Positions 10,001 through 18,870 of a stretch of 64,000 bases of DNA are shown here, piece after piece. Source of the DNA: Candidatus Binatia bacterium. GTDB taxonomy: Bacteria > Desulfobacterota > Binatia > Bin18. The notes beneath the pieces are model-generated. The model ran no database searches, had not been told where the DNA came from, and saw only the letters and a program-made list of their open reading frames with translations. Position numbers and translations under genes: made by a program. The stretch is from positions 480,001-544,000 of the forward strand of contig CAXXHG010000043.1 in NCBI GenBank assembly GCA_963666315.2, given 5' to 3'. Position 1 is the first letter of the stretch. Every line of letters starts with the position of its first letter.

Positions 10001-10464
10001 ACGTCCTACCTAAAAATTGGAAAGGCCCTTTTCAGGGCCCTCCGGGGATGAATTTGCTCGCCTTAGGATCAACTACTGTGCCAGAACATACCAGTCCTGT
10101 ACCCTTGCAGTAGTGTTCGCGTCCGAATTTCAGGTCGTTGGACTTGTAACCGAACCGGGACATATGCCCTGCCGCTCTACGCATCCAATAACCTATTTCT
10201 ATAGGATGGGAACCCCTTTCCCGACTATGAACCCCAGGCAAAGCTCTTTCTCATACAGCTTTTTACCAAAACGGCAAAAAATCATCAATAGCCAAATGGT
10301 ATTTGGGAAAAGGTTTTTAGAAAAAAAATCCTTTTGGATCAGGGAGTTCTCGGGTTTAAAATAGTGTTGCCAAAAGTGTGGGCCCGGAAATAACAGATTG
10401 TTCTAAATTTTTGCAAACACTGTCTCAAGTTACAAAAATATCGCTTTTTGTGAGGCCTCAGGTA

Positions 10465-10493
10465 TTGACCCTGGAAAGGGAGTTCGCTACCCT
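10465..10493 (+). promoter_or_regulatory. Putative sigma70 promoter TTGACC-N17-TACCCT
   Basis: Near-consensus hexamers with 17-bp spacing, downstream of an AT-rich region. Confidence 0.45.
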
Positions 10494-10545
10494 GCTGGGT
10501 GCGTAGAGACTTCCGGAGTGTGGGAACCCCGTCGTCTTGAGCCCT

Positions 10546-10577
10546 AGGCCCGGATGGTTACATTCGGGCCTTTTTTT
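10546..10577 (+). terminator. Intrinsic terminator upstream of the beta-helix gene
   Basis: aggcccggatg-gtta-cattcgggcct followed by a T tract. Confidence 0.8.
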
Positions 10578-10644
10578 ACCTTTTCCCCATTTTTTTCTCT
10601 ATTTTGTCTCTTTTTTATTGTTTCTATACTATTGGAGGATTAAT

Positions 10645-11919
10645 ATGCAAACGTTTTTTGTGGCACCCGGCGACTCGCGTGCAGACGCCCCCTCGCTGAC
10701 AACTGCCCTGCGGCGGGCACAGCCTGACGATGTCGTCCTGGTCGGACCAGGACGCTATGCCCCGTCTCTCACCGGGGAAAGCGTGCCGATCCGAATTCCT
10801 CCAAACGTCCACCTTGAGGGAGCGGGAAAAGAGGGGTGCGTCATCGACGGGGAGGGACAGTGTATGCCATCCTTTCATCCTATTCGTCCCGATCAGTCTG
10901 TTGTCGTGATCGAGGACGGTGCGAGCCTCAGCGGCGTGACAGTGACCAACGGCGGCGGGCATGGTATCGGCGTTCCTCCTGCTGCCTGCGTGACTATTAC
11001 AGGCTGTGATATCTGCCGGCATGCTGACCATGGTATTTTCTTATGCGGAGTCACCGAAGCGCTGGTGACAGGGTGTGTCTTTTCAGACAACGGACGTGCC
11101 CGGTTTGAACCCGCATTGCCCAGAGGAATAGGTGCGCGCCAGGGGCACCACATTTTTGCTGAGGCCCAGTCTGGACAACAGAACAGCCTGCGCATTACTG
11201 ACAACGTCATGCAGCGGTGTTTTGCTGATGGCCTGGCCTTCATCTGTTTCTTTCCGCAGGACGACGGCGTGTCTTTTGAGGCGGTTGTCCTGCGCAATAC
11301 GATTGAAGACTGTGAACGCGGGGGACTGCTGTTCTCGTGTTCTTTTGGCCCAGCGTCGAATCGTTTGTCCCTCACCATTGCGGACAATCAGTTGCGGGGG
11401 AACAAACAGTTTGGAATCAATATTCTCACCGCCATTCCTCTGGCTGAGAAAATTCCTCAACATAGCCGGCTCACAGGTGTCATATCGAGAAATACGATTT
11501 CTCACAGCCCAATAGGCGTGGCCGTCCAAGGGGCACTCGGAGAAACGCATCATAATGAATGTCGTGTGGTGATTGATCGCAACCAGATGAGCGACTGGCA
11601 AACAAATGCAATTCGTTTGGTCGGTGCGTCTGGTCTGGACGATGTCGAGACCAGAAAGAACACGTTATCGGCAGTGGTGTCCCGGAATAGTTTGAGAGGA
11701 AAATCTCCCGCCGTTGTTGTCCAGGGAGCGGGGGGGACGGCGAAGAGCAAACCGAGCCAGAATAGCGTAAACGTGCGATTCCTGGCCAATGATATCGAAG
11801 GTGCGGGCGACCAGCCGATCCAACCCATCTTGGTAAGCAATGGTCCTGCGGATAACCGTGCTGAAGTCGAGGACAAAAGTGATCCGTATACGCGAACGGA
11901 TGACGACCTACTGAGCTGA
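10645..11919 (+). CDS. DUF1565-like / right-handed parallel beta-helix protein
   Basis: TFFVAP..SLTTAL..AQPDDVVLVGPGRY..GESVPIRIP..HLEG followed by PbH1-like repeats; GGAGG RBS before ATG 10645. Confidence 0.8.
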   Translation: MQTFFVAPGDSRADAPSLTTALRRAQPDDVVLVGPGRYAPSLTGESVPIRIPPNVHLEGAGKEGCVIDGEGQCMPSFHPIRPDQSVVVIEDGASLSGVTVTNGGGHGIGVPPAACVTITGCDICRHADHGIFLCGVTEALVTGCVFSDNGRARFEPALPRGIGARQGHHIFAEAQSGQQNSLRITDNVMQRCFADGLAFICFFPQDDGVSFEAVVLRNTIEDCERGGLLFSCSFGPASNRLSLTIADNQLRGNKQFGINILTAIPLAEKIPQHSRLTGVISRNTISHSPIGVAVQGALGETHHNECRVVIDRNQMSDWQTNAIRLVGASGLDDVETRKNTLSAVVSRNSLRGKSPAVVVQGAGGTAKSKPSQNSVNVRFLANDIEGAGDQPIQPILVSNGPADNRAEVEDKSDPYTRTDDDLLS

Positions 11920-12094
11920 CTTCCAAACTTCACCGCACGTTATTTTGCTCAGAGAATCTTTCTTTGAGATCAAGTGGGTATAGCTGTAATAGATTTATCC
12001 GATTTGCATATCAGGATATCTTTTGTTTGTGGGAACTTTCTTCTGCGTAAAACGTTCCTCCAAGCAGAACAGGGAAGACAACAGGAAAGGAGTT

Positions 12095-12331
12095 ATGCTG
12101 ATCCTGAACAAAGCCGCGAAACCTCACAAGATCAAGACAGTCTGCGGGAACCTGATCGCGGTCGGTGCCCTGTGTGTATCCCCGGCCTTTGCCCGGGATC
12201 GAGATAACAAGCCGCCGGGGCCGATTGGCGGACCGGGGATGAGTTTGGACGCACGCCCAGGCAAGAAAGCCTGGTATTACAACCCGCCGGGCCCTATCGG
12301 TGGCCCAGGTGCCGGACCATACTCGCGCTAG
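12095..12331 (+). CDS. Small secreted protein with two PPGPIGGPG repeats
   Basis: AAGGAG RBS, signal peptide ending AFA, NKPPGPIGGPG and NPPGPIGGPG; terminator follows. Confidence 0.7.
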   Translation: MLILNKAAKPHKIKTVCGNLIAVGALCVSPAFARDRDNKPPGPIGGPGMSLDARPGKKAWYYNPPGPIGGPGAGPYSR

Positions 12332-12374
12332 ACTCGCCTTCCTTTCTCACTCCTCCCGTGCTAGGGCACACAGA

Positions 12375-12411
12375 AGCGGGCTGTTCAGACGATCAGCCCG
12401 CTCTTCTTTTC
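12375..12411 (+). terminator. Intrinsic terminator
   Basis: agcgggctg..cagcccgct followed by a T-rich tail. Confidence 0.6.
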
Positions 12412-12452
12412 TCTTCCTGCGCAACCAGAGATACCGCTTACGGCTGGACAGT

Positions 12453-13313
12453 CTACGACTGGCCTAACGATTCAGGCAAGCGTCCCGTATCTGCGAGGAC
12501 GCGGAGAATCACAGACTCGTGATATTGAAAGGGAATGGCGGGTGGATCAAGCACACTGACTGGCGCTACGGGAAAGGGCAGGCGCTGGATAGCGGTATTA
12601 TACACCTCTGCCAGTAGGGCGGGCAGATGCACGACGTCTTCAAGGTTATAGCGCAGCAACGTTTCCAGTGCGCCGTCTTCGCCACGTTGATGGTATTGCC
12701 ACAGCACGACAGCACACCATCCATCTAGGTGGGTAACCAATCCCTCCCGCTCAAGACCCAAGAGTCTCTCAATCTTTTTCAGCCCGCCCTTATAACCTAG
12801 TGCAGCCAGGGGGTAGCGCAGATCAATGTGCGCGTGGTCGAGCGGAATACCCAGCTTGTTGCGAAGAAACGGCAGGTCAAACTGTTTACCATTATACGTC
12901 ACAAGCAGAGTAAACTCTTCGATGTCAGTGACAAACCGCTCGAGATCCTGGTCTTGAACATAGACCTGAGGCCGCTCGCCATCGTAAATGCCAATAACCG
13001 TAATGCTGGACTCTTCAAAACCCAGCCCGGTGGTTTCGATATCAAGATAGGCGACCCGCTCGGAAAACTCCGAATAGAGTCGCCAGTGGAGCTGGGGTGG
13101 CAGTTTAGTCGTGAAATACTGAGCGTCGCGTTGTTCCAGGGCTGCCAACGAACGCTCCAGCTCAAAGCGCGCTTCGTCTTGCAACCACCGAGGAAGAGCG
13201 CTGGGGCGGGGGTCATTCAAGAATTGCTCCCAACCCGTGACCCCGGCTTTCCACAAGCGTTTCTCGGTTTTTTCGCCAATGCCTTGAATGTGACGGAAGG
13301 TATGCTTCAGCAT
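12453..13313 (-). CDS. RNase H-like exonuclease (YprB/RNase_H_2 family)
   Basis: GIGEKTE HhH, YLDIETTG, VTYNGKQFDLPFL, GGLKKIE, YNLEDV. Confidence 0.9.
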   Translation of the reverse strand: MLKHTFRHIQGIGEKTEKRLWKAGVTGWEQFLNDPRPSALPRWLQDEARFELERSLAALEQRDAQYFTTKLPPQLHWRLYSEFSERVAYLDIETTGLGFEESSITVIGIYDGERPQVYVQDQDLERFVTDIEEFTLLVTYNGKQFDLPFLRNKLGIPLDHAHIDLRYPLAALGYKGGLKKIERLLGLEREGLVTHLDGWCAVVLWQYHQRGEDGALETLLRYNLEDVVHLPALLAEVYNTAIQRLPFPVAPVSVLDPPAIPFQYHESVILRVLADTGRLPESLGQS

Positions 13314-13465
13314 AACCCGGACTATGAGAGGACGCTCTGATCCCGAAGATTGCAGTAGTTGCAGGTGGGCTAGGTGCGCCAGGTGCGCTAGATACGCTTG
13401 TGCAGGTCTCCAGCCAAGAACCGGCACTCCTTCGACCAGCTCGCCTTAAGCTCGATTTGCCCTTT

Positions 13466-15151
13466 TTACTGCTCGTAACTCCGCAATACCCGCCCAGGAC
13501 GCGCTCCGGTCGGTTCTCCGTCGCGCAGTAGAATTTGACCGTTCACGACTGTATAGCGATAGCCCTCAGACCGAGCGATCAGGCGTGAGGCACCGCCGGG
13601 AAAGTCCTTAACAAATTCCTTGGGTTTGGCCTGGACCTTGTCAGGATCAAAGATAGTCAGATCCGCTGCCATTCCCTGTTTGAGTAGACCCCGATTCGGA
13701 ATGCCGAGCAATTGAGCGGGCGTAAAAGTCAGCCGGCTCACAGCTTGTTCCAAGCTGAGTACCTTTTTCTCCCGTACCCAGTGGCTGAGGAGAAAGCTCG
13801 GGTAGGTGACTTGACACAGAAACGAAATATGAGCGCCACCGTCGGAACCACCCGTCAACACATAGGGATTGGTCGCAAGGTTACGCACGGCTTCCTCGTC
13901 TCCATTCAGAAAGCCTTTGATGAGAAACTGGGTATCCAGGTTTTCTGAAACAGCCAGATCGAGCATGGCTTCAAGCGGCGTTTTGCCTTGTTCTCGCCCG
14001 ATGCTGACGAGATCTTTGCCCACAAGACCGGTATGTTCGTCTTGGCGAACGCTGTCCACAAACACATCCTGCATACGCTTGGAAAAGATCTTTGGAGCGG
14101 GATCGTCTAAGTCGCGCTGCATGGCAGCTCTGATGTCTGGATGAGAAAGATTGGCTATCTTCTGTGCGCGCGGGCCTTGAATCGCTTCTTTCCAGGCAGG
14201 AAAGTCTTCAAATACTGCCCCCCGCAGAGAGAAGGTGAGATCAAAACGTTCACACAGGGACAGCGGATGAACACGTGCGCCTTCGCGAAAGGCGTCTTCA
14301 GTCCAGTTTAATACATCACGCCAATTGTCCGGTGCAGCCCAGGTTTGTGACAGCAGATTCCACAACACCGGCCGTCCGCTCTCGCGTGACAGCCGCGCCA
14401 AATAATCCATGTCTTTTGGGCCTATGGTCGGAATCCCAGGCGGAATGACGCAGACCGTGCCGCGGTGGAAGTCCTTGAGGGTGCTGGCCAAGGCAACGGT
14501 CTCGTCTTCTTCGGCAAAGCGGCTGGGAACCGGCACTCCATCACCATCAAAATGGACAGGGCCATACGACGAGGAGAAGCCGAAGGCGCCCGCTTTCACA
14601 CAATCTCTCACAACGGCTTGCATGGCCGTAATCTCGTCTTGCGTGGCCGGTCGCTTGCGCGCATCGCCTCCCATCACGTTGTAGCGTATGGTCGAATGCG
14701 GGGCCAACGCCATGACATTCACCCCAAGCTGACGGTCGAGAGCGTCGAGATATTCGCTATACGACTCCCACGTCCACTCCATCCCGGCCTTGAGGCTTGC
14801 GAGCGGCATGCCTTCGACTTTGACCAGCATGCGAGTGATGTATTCTCGGTCTTCCGGTTTGCACGGGGCTAAACCAAAGCCGCAGTTGGTCATGAAGACA
14901 CTGGTGAATCCATGCCAGCAGCTCGGTGTTGCCAGAGGGTCCCAGAAGAGCTGGGCATCGTAGTGGGTATGAACGTCAATAAAGCCGGGAGAGACGACGA
15001 GTCCGTGTGCGTCGATAACTTCCGTAGCAGGGCCGTCAACCTTGCCCATGGCGGCAATGTTCCCATCCGCAACAGCCAGGTCTCCAAAATAGCCAGGCTG
15101 GCCTGAGCCATCGACCAGAAATCCGTTTTTAATCAATAGGTCGTAGTGCAT
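13466..15151 (-). CDS. N-acyl-D-amino-acid deacylase family amidohydrolase
   Basis: PGFIDVHTHYDAQ, NCGFGLAP, GSDGGAH. Confidence 0.92.
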   Translation of the reverse strand: MHYDLLIKNGFLVDGSGQPGYFGDLAVADGNIAAMGKVDGPATEVIDAHGLVVSPGFIDVHTHYDAQLFWDPLATPSCWHGFTSVFMTNCGFGLAPCKPEDREYITRMLVKVEGMPLASLKAGMEWTWESYSEYLDALDRQLGVNVMALAPHSTIRYNVMGGDARKRPATQDEITAMQAVVRDCVKAGAFGFSSSYGPVHFDGDGVPVPSRFAEEDETVALASTLKDFHRGTVCVIPPGIPTIGPKDMDYLARLSRESGRPVLWNLLSQTWAAPDNWRDVLNWTEDAFREGARVHPLSLCERFDLTFSLRGAVFEDFPAWKEAIQGPRAQKIANLSHPDIRAAMQRDLDDPAPKIFSKRMQDVFVDSVRQDEHTGLVGKDLVSIGREQGKTPLEAMLDLAVSENLDTQFLIKGFLNGDEEAVRNLATNPYVLTGGSDGGAHISFLCQVTYPSFLLSHWVREKKVLSLEQAVSRLTFTPAQLLGIPNRGLLKQGMAADLTIFDPDKVQAKPKEFVKDFPGGASRLIARSEGYRYTVVNGQILLRDGEPTGARPGRVLRSYEQ

Positions 15152-15368
15152 AGCATCTCCCTCCGTTCCGTCTGTAGCCGATACGCGAGTGTAATCCGAA
15201 CTGTATCGACTTTCTTGAATTTCGACAAGGATTCGCCGGCATTGCCCAGAAGGGCCAGGGAGCCAGAGAGAAGGCCAGCAGCAGTATGTATTTTTCCTTT
15301 ACCCGGAAAACTGCTATACAGGATGTGTTGCTGAAGAGGCTAAGATTGAGTCTTGGCCTTGGAAGGAG

Positions 15369-16391
15369 ATGCTGATGTGGGGAGTGGTGGGGTGGATAGG
15401 TGGTGTGGTGGTGTGTCTCCTGTTACCTGCCTGCTCATCGAGTAAACCGCTAATACCAACCAAAAATTTTGTGGCGTGGAGCCGAAAAGCCCCGCAGCAG
15501 AAGAAGCAGATCTGTGTCCTGCCCTTTGAAAATACAAGCCATATTGATGGTTTGGCAGAAAAGGTGCGGCGAGGGGTAGCCGGACATATAAGCGTCAAGC
15601 GCTTTGCCGATGCCGAGCTATATGAAATCGACGCGGCGCTCGCAGGACTCGAAGGATTAGAAGACTGGCGTCCGCTTTCTCCTCAGGCTCTTGGCCACGA
15701 GCTCCACTGTGATGCCCTGGTGTATGGTCGTGTCTCTCGACTCGAACGCCTCTACGTTGGTGTGTACTCCCAGCTCGCGTTGGAAGGTACGATCCAAATC
15801 GTGGATGCTGCTTCTGGCCGAACCCTGGTGCATGATACATATACGACGCGTTTTCACGATGCAGGCATCCCGTTATCTCCGCTCGGGTTTGCTACGAGCG
15901 CAGTCCAAAATTTACGTGCTTTTACCGACTCCCAGTTTATACGGGCCATAGATGATTTGAGTCGCCATCTTGCCTCTCGGGTACCGGACCTGCCCGAAAA
16001 TGTCTCGACCATTGCTGCAGCCCCCAAAAAACAGTATCCCGATCTGACTAAGCCAGTACGGATCGCTGCGAAACCGTGGGCACCATCGCAGTCAAGGTCG
16101 AAATCAAAACAGCCTGTTACACCATCGCCGACATCTCCCTCCCAAGATTCCTACCGCGTTCAAGTCGCCGCCTTTAGCTCGCATAACGAAGCCCAACGTG
16201 CCGTAAAACTCCTGCGCGACGAAGGATATACGTCTGCTATTGCCGAGGTAACGGGTACCCAGCAGGCGTGGCACCGAGTCATCATCGGCCCGTTCCTCTC
16301 GGTCCAACGAGCACGTGAGATAGGCGCACAGATCAAAGAGCAACTTCCCTTTGAGCCTATTGTGACTCAGGGGCCTCTCCCCGCACCATAG
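15369..16391 (+). CDS. Lipoprotein with GNA1162/CsgG-like domain and C-terminal SPOR domain
   Basis: LLPAC lipobox; ICVLPFENTS; YRVQVAAF..WHRVIIGPF SPOR motif. Confidence 0.8.
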   Translation: MLMWGVVGWIGGVVVCLLLPACSSSKPLIPTKNFVAWSRKAPQQKKQICVLPFENTSHIDGLAEKVRRGVAGHISVKRFADAELYEIDAALAGLEGLEDWRPLSPQALGHELHCDALVYGRVSRLERLYVGVYSQLALEGTIQIVDAASGRTLVHDTYTTRFHDAGIPLSPLGFATSAVQNLRAFTDSQFIRAIDDLSRHLASRVPDLPENVSTIAAAPKKQYPDLTKPVRIAAKPWAPSQSRSKSKQPVTPSPTSPSQDSYRVQVAAFSSHNEAQRAVKLLRDEGYTSAIAEVTGTQQAWHRVIIGPFLSVQRAREIGAQIKEQLPFEPIVTQGPLPAP

Positions 16392-16476
16392 TAAGCTGCG
16401 GCTCCTGCTTGTAATCTCGTCACAGGTGTTTTACCCCTGGGAGCACTCTATTGTGTGCTATCAAAGGAGAAGATCT

Positions 16477-17265
16477 ATGGCCGGAAAACTCAACGGACAG
16501 GTGGCAATCGTGACAGCTGGTGGCTCCGGAATCGGTGCGGCGACAGCAGTACGTTTCGCTCAAGAAGGCGTGGCCGTGATCGTCGCAGATCTGAGCGGAA
16601 AACGGGCCGAGGCGGTCACCGCCCAGATCAATGCCGCAGGTGGAAAAGCAACCTGCATTAAAATGGATGTATCTGATCCCGAGGGGATTCAGGCTACGAT
16701 ACAGCTCGCGCTCGATACGTATGGCCGGCTCGACATTATGTTCAATAATGCCGGGCTAGGCGAACTGGCTTTGCTTGAGGAGACCGCATTGGAAAGCTGG
16801 AATAGGACCATCGCAGTGACCCTGACTGGTACGTTTCTCGGTATGAAGTATTGTCTGCCGATCATGCGCGCGCAAGGCAAGGGTGCGATTGTGAACACGG
16901 CTTCCATCTCGGGTATGGGAGGAGATTACGGCATGTCAGCCTATAACGCGGCCAAGGCTGGAGTCATCAACCTGACCCGCTCAGCCGCGCTTGAGAACGC
17001 AAAATATAATATTCGTATCAACTGCGTCTGTCCTGGAGCGATAAACACTCGCGTGGCCCAGCTCTTGGGTGGTGATAACGCTGCTGCATTTCGGCAAGTC
17101 CAAGCCAACGCACATCCACTCGGGCGTATGGGCGAACCCGAAGAGATTGCCAATACTGTCCTCTTCCTGGCTTCTGACGAGGCGTCTTTTATTACGGGTG
17201 AAGAGATTGCCGTTGACGGCGGCGTCACCGCCCATACCGGCCTGCCAAATATGCTCCGGATCTGA
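16477..17265 (+). CDS. Short-chain dehydrogenase/reductase
   Basis: TAGGSGIG, NNAG, YNAAK; RBS before ATG 16477. Confidence 0.95.
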   Translation: MAGKLNGQVAIVTAGGSGIGAATAVRFAQEGVAVIVADLSGKRAEAVTAQINAAGGKATCIKMDVSDPEGIQATIQLALDTYGRLDIMFNNAGLGELALLEETALESWNRTIAVTLTGTFLGMKYCLPIMRAQGKGAIVNTASISGMGGDYGMSAYNAAKAGVINLTRSAALENAKYNIRINCVCPGAINTRVAQLLGGDNAAAFRQVQANAHPLGRMGEPEEIANTVLFLASDEASFITGEEIAVDGGVTAHTGLPNMLRI

Positions 17266-17282
17266 GGGCGTGAGGATTTGAT

Positions 17283-18029
17283 GTGGACTGGGTATCGCTG
17301 AGAGCCGCAAAAGAGGCAGAAATTCAACAGCTAGAATCGACCCGGCTGAGCGAGGTCACGCCGAGCATTCGTGATTTTACCCACTTTGTCACAACCCATA
17401 AACAAGAACTCGCGCTCATTGCTGCGCTCAAACGAACCGATCCGGATACGGGTAAATGCTGGCTGGATCGTGACTTGATTGCCCTCGCTCAAGAATGTGA
17501 CGATGCAGAGGTAGGCGCGGTTGGCGTCTATACCGAGCCGAGTGTGTTCGGAACATCTCTTGACGATTTACGAGCCATCTCCGATGTCGTCAGTGCGCCT
17601 ATTCTCCAGCTCGATTTTGTTTTTCATGAGAGCCAGATTCACCACGCTCGGCTGTGTGGCGCGGATGCCGTGCTGTTGTGGGCTGGTGGTGTGGATGAAA
17701 AGACCCTGGAGAGCTTGGTGATCACCGCACGTTCCATTCATGTTGTGCCCGTTGTCATAGCACAGACGGCTGAAGAGCTGAGTCGGGCTCTCGCGGCTGA
17801 GGTCTTCATTGTTGGCATTGCTTCTCCAACCGGGAAATTTGACTCGGAGCACGTCTTATCTCTTGCTGCCCAAGTCCCTCCAAGGAAGACCCTCATCTCT
17901 TTAGACGAAATCGCTACAGCGGAGGAAGCGGCTACTCTCTTTGGCAAGGTCGATGCAGCACTCGTCAGCAATTGTGTGCTTGATACGACTGACGTGGAGG
18001 GCACGCTAGCCGCAATGAACGGAGAATAG
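17283..18029 (+). CDS. Indole-3-glycerol-phosphate synthase (TrpC)-like TIM barrel lacking catalytic residues
   Basis: LIAALKR, VYTEPSVFG-SLDDL, PILQLDF..QIHHARLCGADAVLL align with TrpC, but key Glu/Lys/Asn/Arg are replaced. Confidence 0.8.
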   Translation: MDWVSLRAAKEAEIQQLESTRLSEVTPSIRDFTHFVTTHKQELALIAALKRTDPDTGKCWLDRDLIALAQECDDAEVGAVGVYTEPSVFGTSLDDLRAISDVVSAPILQLDFVFHESQIHHARLCGADAVLLWAGGVDEKTLESLVITARSIHVVPVVIAQTAEELSRALAAEVFIVGIASPTGKFDSEHVLSLAAQVPPRKTLISLDEIATAEEAATLFGKVDAALVSNCVLDTTDVEGTLAAMNGE

Positions 18030-18031
18030 CC

Positions 18032-18418
18032 TTATTCTTTTGCCCGTTTTTCCAGCGCTTCAAGCCAGATGGTCAAAAGTGGTTCATATTGATTCAGATT
18101 GCCGTAGATCTCGTCTGCAAGCATTTCGTTGTAGGTATGAACGGTCAGATTTCGATCATCGACCATCTCAATGCAAAGCCAGGCCTGCTCATCGGTGAGC
18201 AGCGCCACTTCTCGACAAGCACGAATGCAGCTCTTCGGAGACCCCAGGCGAAGTCCTTCGATTACGGAGAGGTAACGCTGTGCTGCTTTCCAGACAGCTT
18301 CACATGTATATTCGAAGCGTTGGATCGCAGCGTCTCGCTCAATCTGCGACAGGTGCTCTAAGTCTTAAAGCTCTCTCAGACTTTCCAAGGCACGCTGAGC
18401 GATACTCGGCCGTTCCAT
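18032..18418 (-). pseudogene. HEPN toxin (HI0074-like nucleotidyltransferase substrate-binding family) with premature TAA
   Basis: MERP..ESLREL*DLEHLSQIERDAAIQRFEYTCEAVWK..SPKSCIR..DDRNLTVHTYNE; TAA at 18365-18367; RX4H motif intact. Confidence 0.88.
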
Positions 18419-18738
18419 CGTACACCCTCTCGAATGACACGTTGGCGAAAAGCTGGATCAGTCCGGCGCAGATCAACAACCTCGACCCGATAGGGAATAG
18501 TGCTTTCCTCAAAGCGTTCCCTGAGTTGAGAGAGGAAGCCTCGCGGAAGAGGGTGGGACGAATCTACGGCAATATCAATGTCCGAGTACGATGCGGCCTC
18601 TCCTCGAGCCCATGAGCCAAACAGGTACACCGTAACATCGAGCGTTCCTGTCACTTCTTGCACGATAGACCGCGCTTGCGCAATCGACTTGACTGCGACT
18701 GGCGTAGATTGGATATTTCGAGAACGCGTTTCTTGCAC
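18376..18738 (-). CDS. MNT nucleotidyltransferase antitoxin
   Basis: YLFGSWARG..SDIDIAV; overlaps the HEPN gene. Confidence 0.88.
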   Translation of the reverse strand: MQETRSRNIQSTPVAVKSIAQARSIVQEVTGTLDVTVYLFGSWARGEAASYSDIDIAVDSSHPLPRGFLSQLRERFEESTIPYRVEVVDLRRTDPAFRQRVIREGVRWNGRVSLSVPWKV

Positions 18739-18870
18739 GGCCCCCTCACAAAAAGCGCGCTCTATTTGTGTAGTACAATCAGCTCTCCCACTGTATCCTT
18801 ATTTCCGTTGCGATAACGAATAGCAATATTCTGACAGAAATTGAGGTCTGACTTTTCTGAAGGAATCTAT

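Noticed and set aside
10017-10364. 115-aa ORF in the AT-rich gap
   Set aside because: No RBS or motif and atypical composition; treated as intergenic
10474-10515. Fluoride-riboswitch-like GGAGTTC..GACTTCC pairing
   Set aside because: Lacks the conserved GAUG and UAAUGA/UGAUGA elements, overlaps the putative promoter, and has no fluoride-related gene downstream
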